A stretch of 64,000 bases of DNA from the human T2T-CHM13v2.0 reference genome, Homo sapiens. A program made the translations under genes and the position numbers. This document shows, piece by piece, positions 40,501-54,070 of the stretch (positions are counted from its first letter, which is position 1; each line of letters starts with the position of its first letter). The notes beneath the pieces are model-generated. The model did not search any database and had not been told where the DNA came from. It worked only from the letters and a program-made list of their open reading frames with translations. The stretch covers positions 29,344,001-29,408,000 of the forward strand of contig CP086569.2 in the NCBI GenBank assembly GCA_009914755.4, in the 5' to 3' direction.

Positions 40501-41123
40501 TAGAACAGAATGGAATCAAATCGAATGAAATGGAATGGAATAGAAAGGAATGGAATGAAATGGAATGGAAAGGATTCGAATGGAATGCAATCGAATGGAA
40601 TGGAATCGAACGGAATGGAATAAAATGGAAGAAAACTGGCAAGAAATGGAATCGAAATGAATGGAGTGTTATGGAACGGACTCAAAAGGAATTGAATGTA
40701 ATAGAATGGAGTGGAGTGGACTCGAATATACTGGACTGGAATGGAATGAAATCACATGGAATGGGAACGAATGGAATGGAATGGAAAGGAATGGAATCGA
40801 ATGGAAAGGAATCGAATGGAAGGGAATGAAATTGAATCAACAGGAATGGAAGGGAATAGAATAGACGGTAATGGAATGGACTCGAATAGAATGGACACGA
40901 ATGCTCAAATTGAATGGACTCGAATGGAATGGAAACGAAAGGAATGTCATCGAATGGAATTGAATCGATTGGAATGAAATCGCATAGAATGGAGTGGAAT
41001 CCAATGGAATTGAATCGAAAGGAAAGGAAGCGAATGGACTGAAATGAAATGGAATGGAATTGAATGGAAAGTAATGCAATGGAATAGAATGGAACGAAAT
41101 TTCACGGAATGGAATCAAACTGA
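37575..41123 (+). repeat. HSat3 HOR unit U7 (3549 bp; subtype B)
   Basis: Anchor period. Carries the private variant atggaatataatcaaatgg (NIIKW in the track peptide), which is shared with U9. Confidence 0.85.
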
Positions 41124-44100
41124 ATGGAATCAAATCAATGGAATCTAATCAAATGGAATGGAAAGGAATTGAATGGAGTAGATGGGATTGGATGGGATTG
41201 GAATGAAATGTACAGGAAGAGACTCGAATTTTATGAATCGGAATGGAATGAATTGGAACGGAATGGACTCGAATGGAATGGAATGTCATGGAATGGCATC
41301 AAATGGAATGGTATCAAATGGAATGGAATCGAATGCAATGGAATGCTATGGAATGGAATGGAATGCATTGGAATGGAATGTCCTCTAATGGAATGGATTC
41401 GAGTGGAATGGAATCGAATATAATGGAGTCGAATGAAATGGAATTGAAAGGAATGGGATCGAATACAATGGAATATACTGGTATGTAACGTAATGTACTC
41501 GAATGTAATTGACTGGAATGGAATGTACATGAATGGAATGTAATCGAATGGAAAGTAATCCAATGGAATAGAATCTAATGCAATAAAATCGACTGAAATA
41601 GAATAGAATGTAATGGAATGGAGTGCAGTGCAATGGAATGGAATGGAATGCAATGCAATGGAATGGAATGTAATGGAATGGAATGGAATGGGATGGAATG
41701 GTAAGGAATGGATAGTAATGGACTGGAGTGAAATGGACTGGAAAGGAATGGACTCAAATTGAAAGGGCTCGAAAGGAACGGAGTCAAATGGAATGGTCTG
41801 GAATGGAATGAACACGAATGTAATGCAATCCAATAGAATGGAATCGAATGGCATGGAATATAAAGAAATGGAATCGAAGAGAACGGAAACAAATGGAATG
41901 GAATTGAATGGAATGGAATTGAATGGAATGGGAAGGAATGGAGTGAAATTGTATGCAGTAGAAGAGAATAGAAAGGAATGCAAGCGAAAGGAAAGGAATG
42001 GATTGCAATGGAATGGAATTCATTGGAATGGAAGGGAATGTAGTGTAATGGACAGGCCTGGAATAAAGTGGAATGCTACGGTCTCGAATGGAATAAAAAT
42101 GTATGGAATGGAATGCAATGAAACGGAATCGAATGTCATAGAATGTAATGGAATGCAAAAAAATGGAATCCAAAATCATTGACTGGAAAGGCCGTGTGTC
42201 GAAAGGAATTGAATCCAATGGAATGGAATCGAATGGAATGGAAGTGAATAGAATCGAACTAAATCGAATGGAATGGAATTGATAGGAACGGAATGGAAAG
42301 GAATGCAATGATTTGGCATGGAATGGAATCGAATGGCATCGAATGGAATGGAATGGAATGCAATGGAATGGAATGTATTAGAATGTAATGAACATTAATG
42401 GAATGTACTCGAACGGATTCGACTGGAATGGAATGTTCTCGATGTGAATGGACTCCAATGGAATGGATTCGAAAGGAATGGAATCGAACGGAATGGCATC
42501 TAATGGAATGGAATTAAATGGAAATGAATCAAATTGAATAGCACGGAATTGAATTGAATGGAATCGAATGCAATGGAATCTAATGAAACGGAAAGGAAAG
42601 GAATGGAATGGAATGGAATGGGCTGGAATGGAATGGAATCGAAACGAATGGAATGGAATCGAACTGAAGAGACTGGAATGGAATGCACTGGAATGGAAGG
42701 GAGTGTAATAGAAGGTTCTCGAAAAAATTGGAATCGAATGGAATGGAATTGAATGGAACGGAATAGAGTCGAATGGAATTGAATGGAATGGAATGGACTA
42801 GAGTGAAATGGAATCGAACCACAAGGAATGGACAGGAATAGAATGGTCTCGAATTGAAAGGAATCGTATGGAATGGCATCAAACGGAATGGAATGGACAG
42901 CCACGGAATTTAATGCACTCGAATGCAATGGAGTCGAAACTAATGGACTGGAATAGAATGGACTCGACTGGTACGGACTCCAATGGAATGGAATCGAATG
43001 GAAGGGAATTGAACGGAATGGACTCGAAGGGAAAAGACTGCAATGGAAAGATCTCGAATGGAATGGAAATTAATGGAATGGAATGGAATCGAATGAAATG
43101 GAGTCAAAAGGAATGGAATCGAATGGCAAGAAATCGAATGTAATGGAATCACAAGGAATTGATGTGAAGGGAACGGAATGGAATGGAATCCAAAGGAATG
43201 GAATAGAATGGAATGGAATCGAATGGAAAGCACTCGAATGGAAATCACTCGAATAGAATTCATTTTAACAAAATAGGATCAAATGTAATGAAATGGAATG
43301 GAAAGGAATCGAAACGAAAGTAATGGAGACAGATGGAATGGAATGGAACAGAGAGCAATGGTATAGAATGGAATGGAATCATCTGGAATGGAATTGAATG
43401 GAATGGAATAATGTGAAATGGAATGGAATGGAATGGAATGCCCTTGAATTAAATGGACTGGAATGGAATGGACTCGAACAGAGTGGAATGGAAAGTGTTG
43501 AAATAGAATGGAATGGACTCCTTTGGAATGGTCTAGTATGCAATGCAATCGACTGGCAGGGAATCAAAAGGAATGTAATAGAATGGATTGGACTGGAATG
43601 CAATGGACTCGAATAGATTGGAAACGGAATGCAAAGGAATGGAATGCAATAGTATGGAATGGAATGGAAAGGAATGGAGTGGAATAGACTAGAGTGGAAT
43701 GGAATGGACTGGAAAGCAATGGACTGGAATGGAACTTTCTTGAATGGACTGGAATCAAACGGAATGGAATGCAATGCAATCAAATGGCATGGAATAAAAT
43801 AGAATGAAAGAGAATCAAATGGAATTGAATTGAATGGAATCGAATGGATTGGAAAGGAATAGAATGGAATGGAATGGAATTGACTCAAATGGAATGGACT
43901 AGAATGGAATGGATTCGAATGGAAGGCAAAGGAATGGAATCTATTGGAATGGACTGTAATGGAATGGAATGGAAGGGATTGGAATGGACTCGAATGGAAT
44001 GGACTGCAATAGAAAGGATTCGAATGGAATGAAAAAGAATTGAATGGAATAGAACAGAATGGAATCAAATCGAATGAAATGGAATGGAATAGAAAGGAAT

Positions 44101-46971
44101 GGAATGAAATGGAATGGAAAGGATTCGAATGGAATGCAATCGAATGGAATGCAGTCGAACGGAATGGAATCGAACGGAATGGAATAAAATGGAAGAAAAC
44201 TGGCAAGAAATGGAATCGAAATGAATGGAGTGTTATGGGACGGACTCAAAAGGAATTGAATGTAATAGAATGGAGTGGAGTGGACTCGAATATAATGGAC
44301 TGGAATGGAATGAAATCACATGGAATGGGAACGAATGGAATGGAATGGAAATGAATGGAATCGAATGGAAAGGAATCGAATGGAAATCACTCGAATAGAA
44401 TGCAATTTAATAAAATAGGATCAAATGTAATGGAATGGAATGGAAAGGAATCGAAACGAAAGGAATGGAGACAGATGCAATGGAATGGAACAGAGAGCAA
44501 TGGTATAGAATGCAATGGAATCATCTGGAATGGAATTGAATGGAATGGAATAATATGAAATGGAATGGAATGGAATGGAATGCCCTTGAATTAAATGGAC
44601 TGGAATGGAATGGACTCGAACAGAGTGGAATGAAAAGTGTTGAGATAGAATGGAATGGACTCTTTTGGAATGGTCTAGTATGCAATGCAATCGACTGGCA
44701 GGGAATCAAAAGGAATGTAATCGAATGGATTGGACTGGAATGCAATGGACTCGAATAGATTGGAAACGGAATGCAAAGGAATGGAATGGAATAGTATGGA
44801 ATGGAATGGAAAGGAATGGAGTGGAATAGACTAGAGTGGAATGGAATGGACTGGAAAACAATGGACTGGAATGGAACTTTCTTGAATGGACTGGAATCAA
44901 ACGGAATGGAATGCAATGCAATCAAATGGCATGGAATAAAATAGAATGAAAGAGAATCAAATGGAATTGAATCGAATGGAATCGAATGGATTGGAAAGGA
45001 ATAGAATGGAATGGAATGGAATTGACTCAAATGGAATGGACTAGAATGGAATGGATTCGAATGGAAGGCAAAGGAATGGAATCTATTGGAATGGACTGTA
45101 ATGGAATGGAATGGAAGGGATTGGAATGGACTCGAATGGAATGGACTGCAATAGAAAGGATTCGAATGGAATGAAAAAGAATTGAATGGAATAGAACAGA
45201 ATGGAATCAAATCGAATGAAATGGAATGGAATAGAAAGGAATGGAATGAAATGGAATGGAAAGGATTCGAATGGAATGCAATCGAATGGAATGCAATCGA
45301 ACGGAATGGAATCGAACGGAATGGAATAAAATGGAAGAAAACTGGCAAGAAATGGAATCGAAATGAATGGAGTGTTATGGAACGGACTCAAAAGGAATTG
45401 AATGTAATAGAATGGAGTGGAGTGGACTCGAATATAATGGACTGGAATGGAATGAAATCACATGGAATGGGAACGAATGGAATGGAATGGAAAGGAATGG
45501 AATCGAATGGAAAGGAATCGAATGGAAATCACTCGAATAGAATGCAATTTAATAAAATAGGATCAAATGTAATGGAATGGAATGGAAAGGAATCGAAACG
45601 AAAGGAATGGAGACAGATGGAATGGAATGGAACAGAGAGCAATGGTATAGAATGGAATGGAATCATCTGGAATGGAATTGAATGGAATGGAATAATATGA
45701 AATGGAATGGAATGGAATGGAATGCCCTTGAATTAAATGGACTGGAATGGAATGGACTCGAACAGAGTGGAATGAAAAGTGTTGAGATAGAATGGAATGG
45801 ACTCTTTTGGAATGGTCTAGTATGCAATGCAATCGACTGGCAGCGAATCAAAAGGAATGTAATCGAATGGATTGGACTGGAATGCAATGGACTCGAATAG
45901 ATTGGAAACGGAATGCAAAGGAATGGAATGGAATAGTATGGAATGGAATGGAAAGGAATGGAGTGGAATAGACTAGAGTGGAATGGAATGGACTGGAAAG
46001 CAATGGACTGGAATGGAACTTTCTTGAATGGACTGGAATCAAACGGAATGGAATGCAATGCAATCAAATGGCATGGAATAAAATAGAATGAAAGAGAATC
46101 AAATGGAATTGAATCGAATGGAATCGAATGGATTGGAAAGGAATAGAATGGAATGGAATGGAATTGACTCAAATGGAATGGACTAGAATGGAATGGATTC
46201 GAATGGAAGGCAAAGGAATGGAATCTATTGGAATGGACTGTAATGGAATGGAATGGAAGGGATTGGAATGGACTCGAATGGAATGGACTGCAATAGAAAG
46301 GATTCGAATGGAATGAAAAAGAATTGAATGGAATAGAACAGAATGGAATCAAATCGAATGAAATGGAATGGAATAGAAAGGAATGGAATGAAATGGAATG
46401 GAAAGGATTCGAATGGAATGCAATCGAATGGAATGCAATCGAACGGAATGGAATCGAACGGAATGGAATAAAATGGAAGAAAACTGGCAAGAAATGGAAT
46501 CGAAATGAATGGAGTGTTATGGAACGGACTCAAAAGGAATTGAATGTAATAGAATGGAGTGGAGTGGACTCGAATATACTGGACTGGAATGGAATGAAAT
46601 CACATGGAATGGGAACGAATGGAATGGAATGGAAAGGAATGGAATCGAATGGAAAGGAATCGAATGGAAGGGAATGAAATTGAATCAACAGGAATGGAAG
46701 GGAATAGAATAGACGGTAATGGAATGGACTCGAATAGAATGGACACGAATGCTGAAATTGAATGGACTCGAATGGAATGGAAACGAAAGGAATGTCATCG
46801 AATGGAATTGAATCGATTGGAATGAAATCGCATGGAATGGAGTGGAATCCAATGGAATTGAATCGAAAGGAAAGGAAGCGAATGGACTGAAATGAAATGG
46901 AATGGAATTGAATGGAAAGTAATGCAATGGAATAGAATGGAACGAAATTTCACGGAATGGAATCAAACTGA
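41124..46971 (+). repeat. Expanded HSat3 HOR variant U8 (5848 bp), near-identical duplicate of U6 with the same 1142-bp triplication
   Basis: The 275-aa ORFs at 43379, 44521 and 45663 match, copy for copy, those at 33982, 35124 and 36269. They share the same private substitutions (RSTAFHS and YYCIPFLC in copy 1; QSIVFQS and TLFIPLC in copy 2; LLIRCQS in copy 3). Confidence 0.85.
43241..46666 (+). repeat. Three tandem copies of the 1142-bp intra-HOR segment inside U8
   Basis: The ggaaatcactcgaatagaat motif occurs at ~43241, ~44382 and ~45524. Confidence 0.8.
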
Positions 46972-49900
46972 ATGGAATCAAATCAATGGAATATAATCAA
47001 ATGGAATGGAAAGGAATTGAATGGAGTAGATGGGATTGGATGGGATTGGAATGAAATGTACTGGAAAAGACTCGAATTTTATGAAACGGAATGGAATGAA
47101 TTGGAACGGAATGGACTCGAATGGAATGGAATGTCATGGAATGGCATCAAATGGAATGGCATCAAATGGAATGGAATCGAATGCAATGGAATGCTATGGA
47201 ATGGAATGGAATGCATTGGAATGGAATGTCCTCTAATGGAATGGATTCGAGTGGAATGGAATCGAATATAATGGAGTCGAATGAAATGGAATTGAAAGGA
47301 ATGGGATCGAATACAATGGAATATACTGGAATGTAACGTAATGAACTCGAATGTAATTGACTGGAATGGAATGTACATGAATGGAATGTAATCGAATGGA
47401 AAGTAATCCAATGGAATAGAATCTAATGCAATAAAATCGACTCAAATAGAATAGAATGTAATGGAATGGAGTGCAGTGCAATGGAATGGAATGGAATGGA
47501 ATTCAATGCAATGGAATGTAATGGAATGGAATGGAATGGGATGGAATGGTATGGAATGGATAGTAATGGACTGGAGTGAAATGGACTGGAAAGGAATGGA
47601 CTCAAATTGAAAGGGCTCGAAAGGAATGGAGTCAAATGGAATGGTCTGGAATGGAATGAACACGAATGTAATGCAATCCAATAGAATGGAATCGAATGGC
47701 ATGGAATATAAAGAAATGGAATCGAAGAGAATGGAAACAAATGGAATGGAATTGAATGGAATGGAATTGAATGGAATGGGAAGGAATGGAGTGAAATTGT
47801 ATGCAGTAGAAGAGAATAGAATGGAATGCAAGCGAAAGGAAAGGAATGGATTTCAATGGAATGGAATTCATTGGAATGGAAGGGAATGTAGTGTAATGGA
47901 CAGGCCTGGAATAAAGTGGAATGCTACGGTCTCGAATGGAATAAAAATGTATGGAATGGAATGCAATGAAACGGAATCGAATGTCATAGAATGTAATGGA
48001 ATGCAAAAAAAATGGAATCCAAAATCATTGACTGGAAAGGCTGTGTGTCGAAAGGAATTGACTCCAATGGAATGGAATCGAATGGAATGGAAGTGAATAG
48101 AATCGAACTAAATCGAATGGAATGGAATTGATAGGAACGGAATGGAAAGGAATGCAATGATTTGGCATGGAATGGAATCGAATGGCATCGAATGGAATGG
48201 AATGGAATGCAATGGAATGGAATGTATTAGAATGTAATGAACATTAATGGAATGTACTCGAATGGATTCGACTGGAATGGAATGTTCTAGAAGTGAATGG
48301 ACTCCAATGGAATGGATTCGAAAGGAATGGAATCGAACGGAATGGCATCTAATGGAATGGAATTAAATGGAAATGAATCAAATTGAATAGCACGGAATTG
48401 AATTGAATGGAATCGAATGCAATGGAATCTAATGAAACGGAAAGGAAAGGAATGGAATGGAATGGAATGGGCTGGAATGGAATGGAATCGAAACGAATGG
48501 AATGGAATCGAACTGAAGAGACTGGAATGGAATGCACTGGAATGGAAGGGAGTGTAGTGGAAGGTTCTCGAAAAAAATGGAATCGAATGGAATGGAATTG
48601 AATGGAACGGAATAGAGTCGAATGGAATTGAATGGAATGGAATGGACTAGAGTGAAATGGAATTGAACCACAAGGAATGGACTGGAATAGAATGGTCTCG
48701 AATTGAAAGGAATCGTATGGAATCGCATCAAACGGAATGGAATGGACAGCCACGGAATGGAATGCACTCGAATGCAATGGAGTCGAAACTAATGGACTGG
48801 AATAGAATGGACTCGACTGGTACGGACTCCAATGGAATGGAATCGAATGGAAGGGAATCGAACGGAATGGACTCGAAGGGAAAAGACTGCAATGGAAAGG
48901 TCTCGAATGGAATGGAAATTAATGGCATGGAATGGAATCGAATGAAATGGAGTCAAAAGGAATGGAATCGAATGGCAAGAAATCGAATGGAATGGAATCA
49001 CAAGGAATTGATGTGAACGGAACGGAATGGAATGGAATCCAAAGGAATGGAATAGAATGGAATGGAATCGAATGGAAAGGACTCGAATGGAAATCACTCG
49101 AATAGAATGCAATTTAATAAAATAGGATCAAATGTAATGGAATGGAATGGAAAGGAATCGAAATGAAAGGAATGGAGAAAGATGGAATGGAATGGAGCAG
49201 AGAGCAATGGTATAGAATGGAATGGAATCATCTGGAATGGAATTGAATGGAATGGAATAATATGAAATGGAATGGAATGGAATGGAATGCCCTTGAATTA
49301 AATGGACTGGAATGGAATGGACTCGAACAGAGTGGAATGGAAAGTGTTGAAATAGAATGGAATGGACTCCTTTGGAATGGTCTAGTATGCAATGCAATCG
49401 ACTGGCAGGGAATCAAAAGGAATGTAATCGAATGGATTGGAGTGGAATGCAATGGACTCGAATAGATTGGAAACGGAATGCAAAGGAATGGAATGGAATA
49501 GTATGGAATGGAATGGAAAGGAATGGAGTGGAATAGACTAGAGTGGAATGGAATGGACTGGAAAGCAATGGACTGGAATGGAACTTTCTTGAATGGACTG
49601 GAATCAAACGGAATGGAATGCAATGCAATCAAATGGCATGGAATAAAATAGAATGAAAGAGAATCAAATGGAATTGAATCGAATGGAATCGAATGGATTG
49701 GAAAGGAATAGAATGGAATGGAATGGAATTGACTCAAATGGAATGGACTAGAATGGAATGGATTCGAATGGAAGGCAAAGGAATGGAATCTATTGGAATG
49801 GACTGTAATGGAATGGAATGGAAGGGATTGGAATGGACTCGAATGGAATGGACTGCAATAGAAAGGATTCGAATGGAATGAAAAAGAATTGAATGGAATA

Positions 49901-50521
49901 GAACAGAATGGAATCAAATCGAATGAAATGGAATGGAATAGAAAGGAATGGAATGAAATGGAATGGAAAGGATTCGAATGGAATGCAATCGAATGGAATG
50001 GAATCGAACGGAATGGAATAAAATGGAAGCAAACTGGCAAGAAATGGAATCGAAATGAATGGAGTGTTATGGAACGGACTCAAAAGGAATTGAATGTAAT
50101 AGAATGGAGTGGAGTGGACTCGAATATACTGGACTGGAATGGAATGAAATCACATGGAATGGGAACGAATGGAATGGAATGGAAAGGAATGGAATCGAAT
50201 GGAAAGGAATCGAATGGAAGGGAATGAAATTGAATCAACAGGAATGGAAGGGAATAGAATAGACGGTAATGGAATGGACTCGAATAGAATGGACACGAAT
50301 GCTGAAATTGAATGGACTCGAATGGAATGGAAACGAAAGGAATGTCATCGAATGGAATTGAATCGATTGGAATGAAATCGCATAGAATGGAGTGGAATCC
50401 AATGGAATTGAATCGAAAGGAAAGGAAGCGAATGGACTGAAATGAAATGGAATGGAATTGAATGGAAAGTAATGCAATGGAATAGAATGGAACGAAATTT
50501 CACGGAATGGAATCAAACTGA
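46972..50521 (+). repeat. HSat3 HOR unit U9 (3550 bp), near-identical duplicate of U7
   Basis: The anchor ORF peptide is identical to U7, including the NIIKW variant. The distance 37575->46972 is 9397 bp, equal to 31727->41124. Confidence 0.85.
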
Positions 50522-53500
50522 ATGGAATCAAATCAATGGAATCTAATCAAATGGAATGGAAAGGAATTGAATGGAGTAGATGGGATTGGATGTGATTGGA
50601 ATGAAATGTACTGGAAAAGACTCGAATTTTATGAAACGGTATGGAATGAATTGGAACGGAATGGACTCGAATGGAATGGAATGTCATGGAATGGCATCAA
50701 ATGGAATGGCATCAAATGGAATGGAATCGAATGCAATGGAATGCTATGGAATGGAATGGAATGCATTGGAATGGAATGTCCTCTAATGGAATGGATTCGA
50801 GTGGAATGGAATCGAATATAATGGAGTCGAATGAAATGGAATTGAAAGGAATGGGATCGAATACAATGGAATATACTGGAATGTAACGTAATGAACTCGA
50901 ATGTAATTGACTGGAATGGAATGTACATGAATGGAATGTAATCGAATGGAAAGTAATCCAATGGAATAGAATCTAATGCAATAAAATCGACTCAAATAGA
51001 ATAGAATGTAATGGAATGGAGTGCAGTGCAATGGAATGGAATGGAATGGAATGCAATGCAATGGAATGTAATGGAATGGAATGGAATGGGATGGAATGGT
51101 ATGGAATGGATAGTAATGGACTGGAGTGAAATGGACTGGAAAGGAATGGACTCAAATTGAAAGGGCTCGAAAGGAATGGAGTCAAATGGAATGGTCTGGA
51201 ATGGAATGAACACGAATGTAATGCAATCCAATAGAATGGAATCGAATGGCATGGAATATAAAGAAATGGAATCAAAGAGAATGGAAACAAATGGAATGGA
51301 ATTGAATGGAATGGAATTGAATGGAATGGGAAGGAATGGAGTGAAATTGTATGCAGTAGAAGAGAATAGAATGGAATGCAAGCGAAAGGAAAGGAATGGA
51401 TTGCAATGGAATGGAATTCATTGGAATGGAAGGGAATGTAGTGTAATGGACAGGCCTGGAATAAAGTGGAATGCTACGGTCTCGAATGGAATAAAAATGT
51501 ATGGAATGGAATGCAATGAAACGGAATCGAATGTCATAGAATGTAATGGAATGCAAAAAAATGGAATCCAAAATCATTGACTGGAAAGGCTGTGTGTCGA
51601 AAGGAATTGACTCCAATGGAATGGAATCGAATGGAATGGAAGTGAATAGAATCGAACTAAATCGAATGGAATGGAATTGATAGGAACGGAATGGAAAGGA
51701 ATGCAATGATTTGGCATGGAATGGAATCGAATGGCATCGAACGGAATGGAATGGAATGCAATGGAATGGAATGTATTAGAATGTAATGAACATTAATGGA
51801 ATGTACTCGAATGGATTCGACTGGAATGGAATGTTCTAGAAGTGAATGGACTCCAATGGAATGGATTCGAAAGGAATGGAATCGAACGGAATGGCATCTA
51901 ATGGAATGGAATTAAATGGAAATGAATCAAATTGAATAGCACGGAATTGAATTGAATGGAATCGAATGCAATGGAATCTAATGAAACGGAAAGGAAAGGA
52001 ATGGAATGGAATGGAATGGGCTGGAATGGAATGGAATCGAAACGAATGGAATGGAATCGAACTGAAGAGACTGGAATGGAATGCACTGGAATGGAAGGGA
52101 GTGTAGTGGAAGGTTCTCGAAAAAAATGGAATCGAATGGAATGGAATTGAATGGAACGGAATAGAGTCGAATGGAATTGAATGGAATGGAATGGACTAGA
52201 GTGAAATGGAATCGAACCACAAGGAATGGACTGGAATAGAATGGTCTCGAATTGAAAGGAATCGTATGGAATGGCATCAAACGGAATGGAATGGACAGCC
52301 ACGGAATGGAATGCACTCGAATGCAATGGAGTCGAAACTAATGGACTGGAATAGAATGGACTCGACTGGTACGGACTCCAATGGAATGGAATCGAATGGA
52401 AGGGAATCGAACGCAATGGACTCGAAGGGAAAAGACTGCAATGGAAAGGTCTCGAATGGAATGGAAATTAATGGAATGGAATGGAATCGAATGAAATGGA
52501 GTCAAAAGGAATGGAATCGAGTGGCAAGAAATCGAATGGAATGGAATCACAAGGAATTGATGTGAACGGAACGGAATGGAATGGAATCCAAAGGAATGGA
52601 ATAGAATGGAATGGAATCGAATGGAAAGGACTCGAATGGAAATCACTCGAATAGAATGCAATTTAATAAAATAGGATCAAATGTAATGGAATGGAATGGA
52701 AAGGAATCGAAATGAAAGGAATGGAGACAGATGGAATGGAATGGAACAGAGAGCAATGGTATAGAATGGAATGGAATCATCTGGAATGGAATTGAATGGA
52801 ATGGAATAATATGAAATGGAATGGAATGGAATGGAATGCCCTTGAATTAAATGGACTGGAATGGAATGGACTCGAACAGAGTGGAATGGAAAGTGTTGAA
52901 ATAGAATGGAATGGACTCCTTTGGAATGGTCTAGTATGCAATGCAATCGACTGGCAGGGAATCAAAAGGAATGTAATCGAATGGATTGGACTGGAATGCA
53001 ATGGACTCGAATAGATTGGAAACGGAATGCAAAGGAATGGAATGGAATAGTATGGAATGGAATGGAAAGGAATGGAGTGGAATAGACTAGAGTGGAATGG
53101 AATGGACTGGAAAGCAATGGACTGGAATGGAACTTTCTTGAATGGACTGGAATCAAACGGAATGGAATGCAATGCAATCAAATGGCATGGAATAAAATAG
53201 AATGAAAGAGAATCAAATGGAATTGAATCGAATGGAATCGAATGGATTGGAAAGGAATAGAATGGAATGGAATGGAATTGACTCAAATGGAATGGACTAG
53301 AATGGAATGGATTCGAATGGAAGGCAAAGGAATGGAATCTATTGGAATGGACTGTAATGGAATGGAATGGAAGGGATTGGAATGGACTCGAATGGAATGG
53401 ACTGCAATAGAAAGGATTCGAATGGAATGAAAAAGAATTGAATGGAATAGAACAGAATGGAATCAAATCGAATGAAATGCAATGGAATAGAAAGGAATGG

Positions 53501-54070
53501 AATGAAATGGAATGGAAAGGATTCGAATGGAATGCAATCGAATGGAATGGAATCGAACGGAATGGAATAAAATGGAAGAAAACTGGCAAGAAATGGAATC
53601 GAAATGAATGGAGTGTTATGGAACGGACTCAAAAGGAATTGAATGTAATAGAATGGAGTGGAGTGGACTCGAATATACTGGACTGGAATGGAATGAAATC
53701 ACATGGAATGGGAACGAATGGAATGGAATGGAAAGGAATGGAATCGAATGGAAAGGAATCGAATGGAAGGGAATGAAATTGAATCAACAGGAATGGAAGG
53801 GAATAGAATAGACGGTAATGGAATGGACTCGAATAGAATGGACACGAATGCTGAAATTGAATGGACTCGAATGGAATGGAAACGAAAGGAATGTCATCGA
53901 ATGGAATTGAATCGATTGGAATGAAATCGCATAGAATGGAGTGGAATCCAATGGAATTGAATCGAAAGGAAAGGAAGCGAATGGACTGAAATGAAATGGA
54001 ATGGAATTGAATGGAAAGTAATGCAATGGAATAGAATGGAACGAAATTTCACGGAATGGAATCAAACTGA
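50522..54070 (+). repeat. HSat3 HOR unit U10 (3549 bp)
   Basis: Anchor period. Its private variants (GIGCDW, ETVWNE and KRYGMNW in the track peptides) are shared only with U11. Confidence 0.85.
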
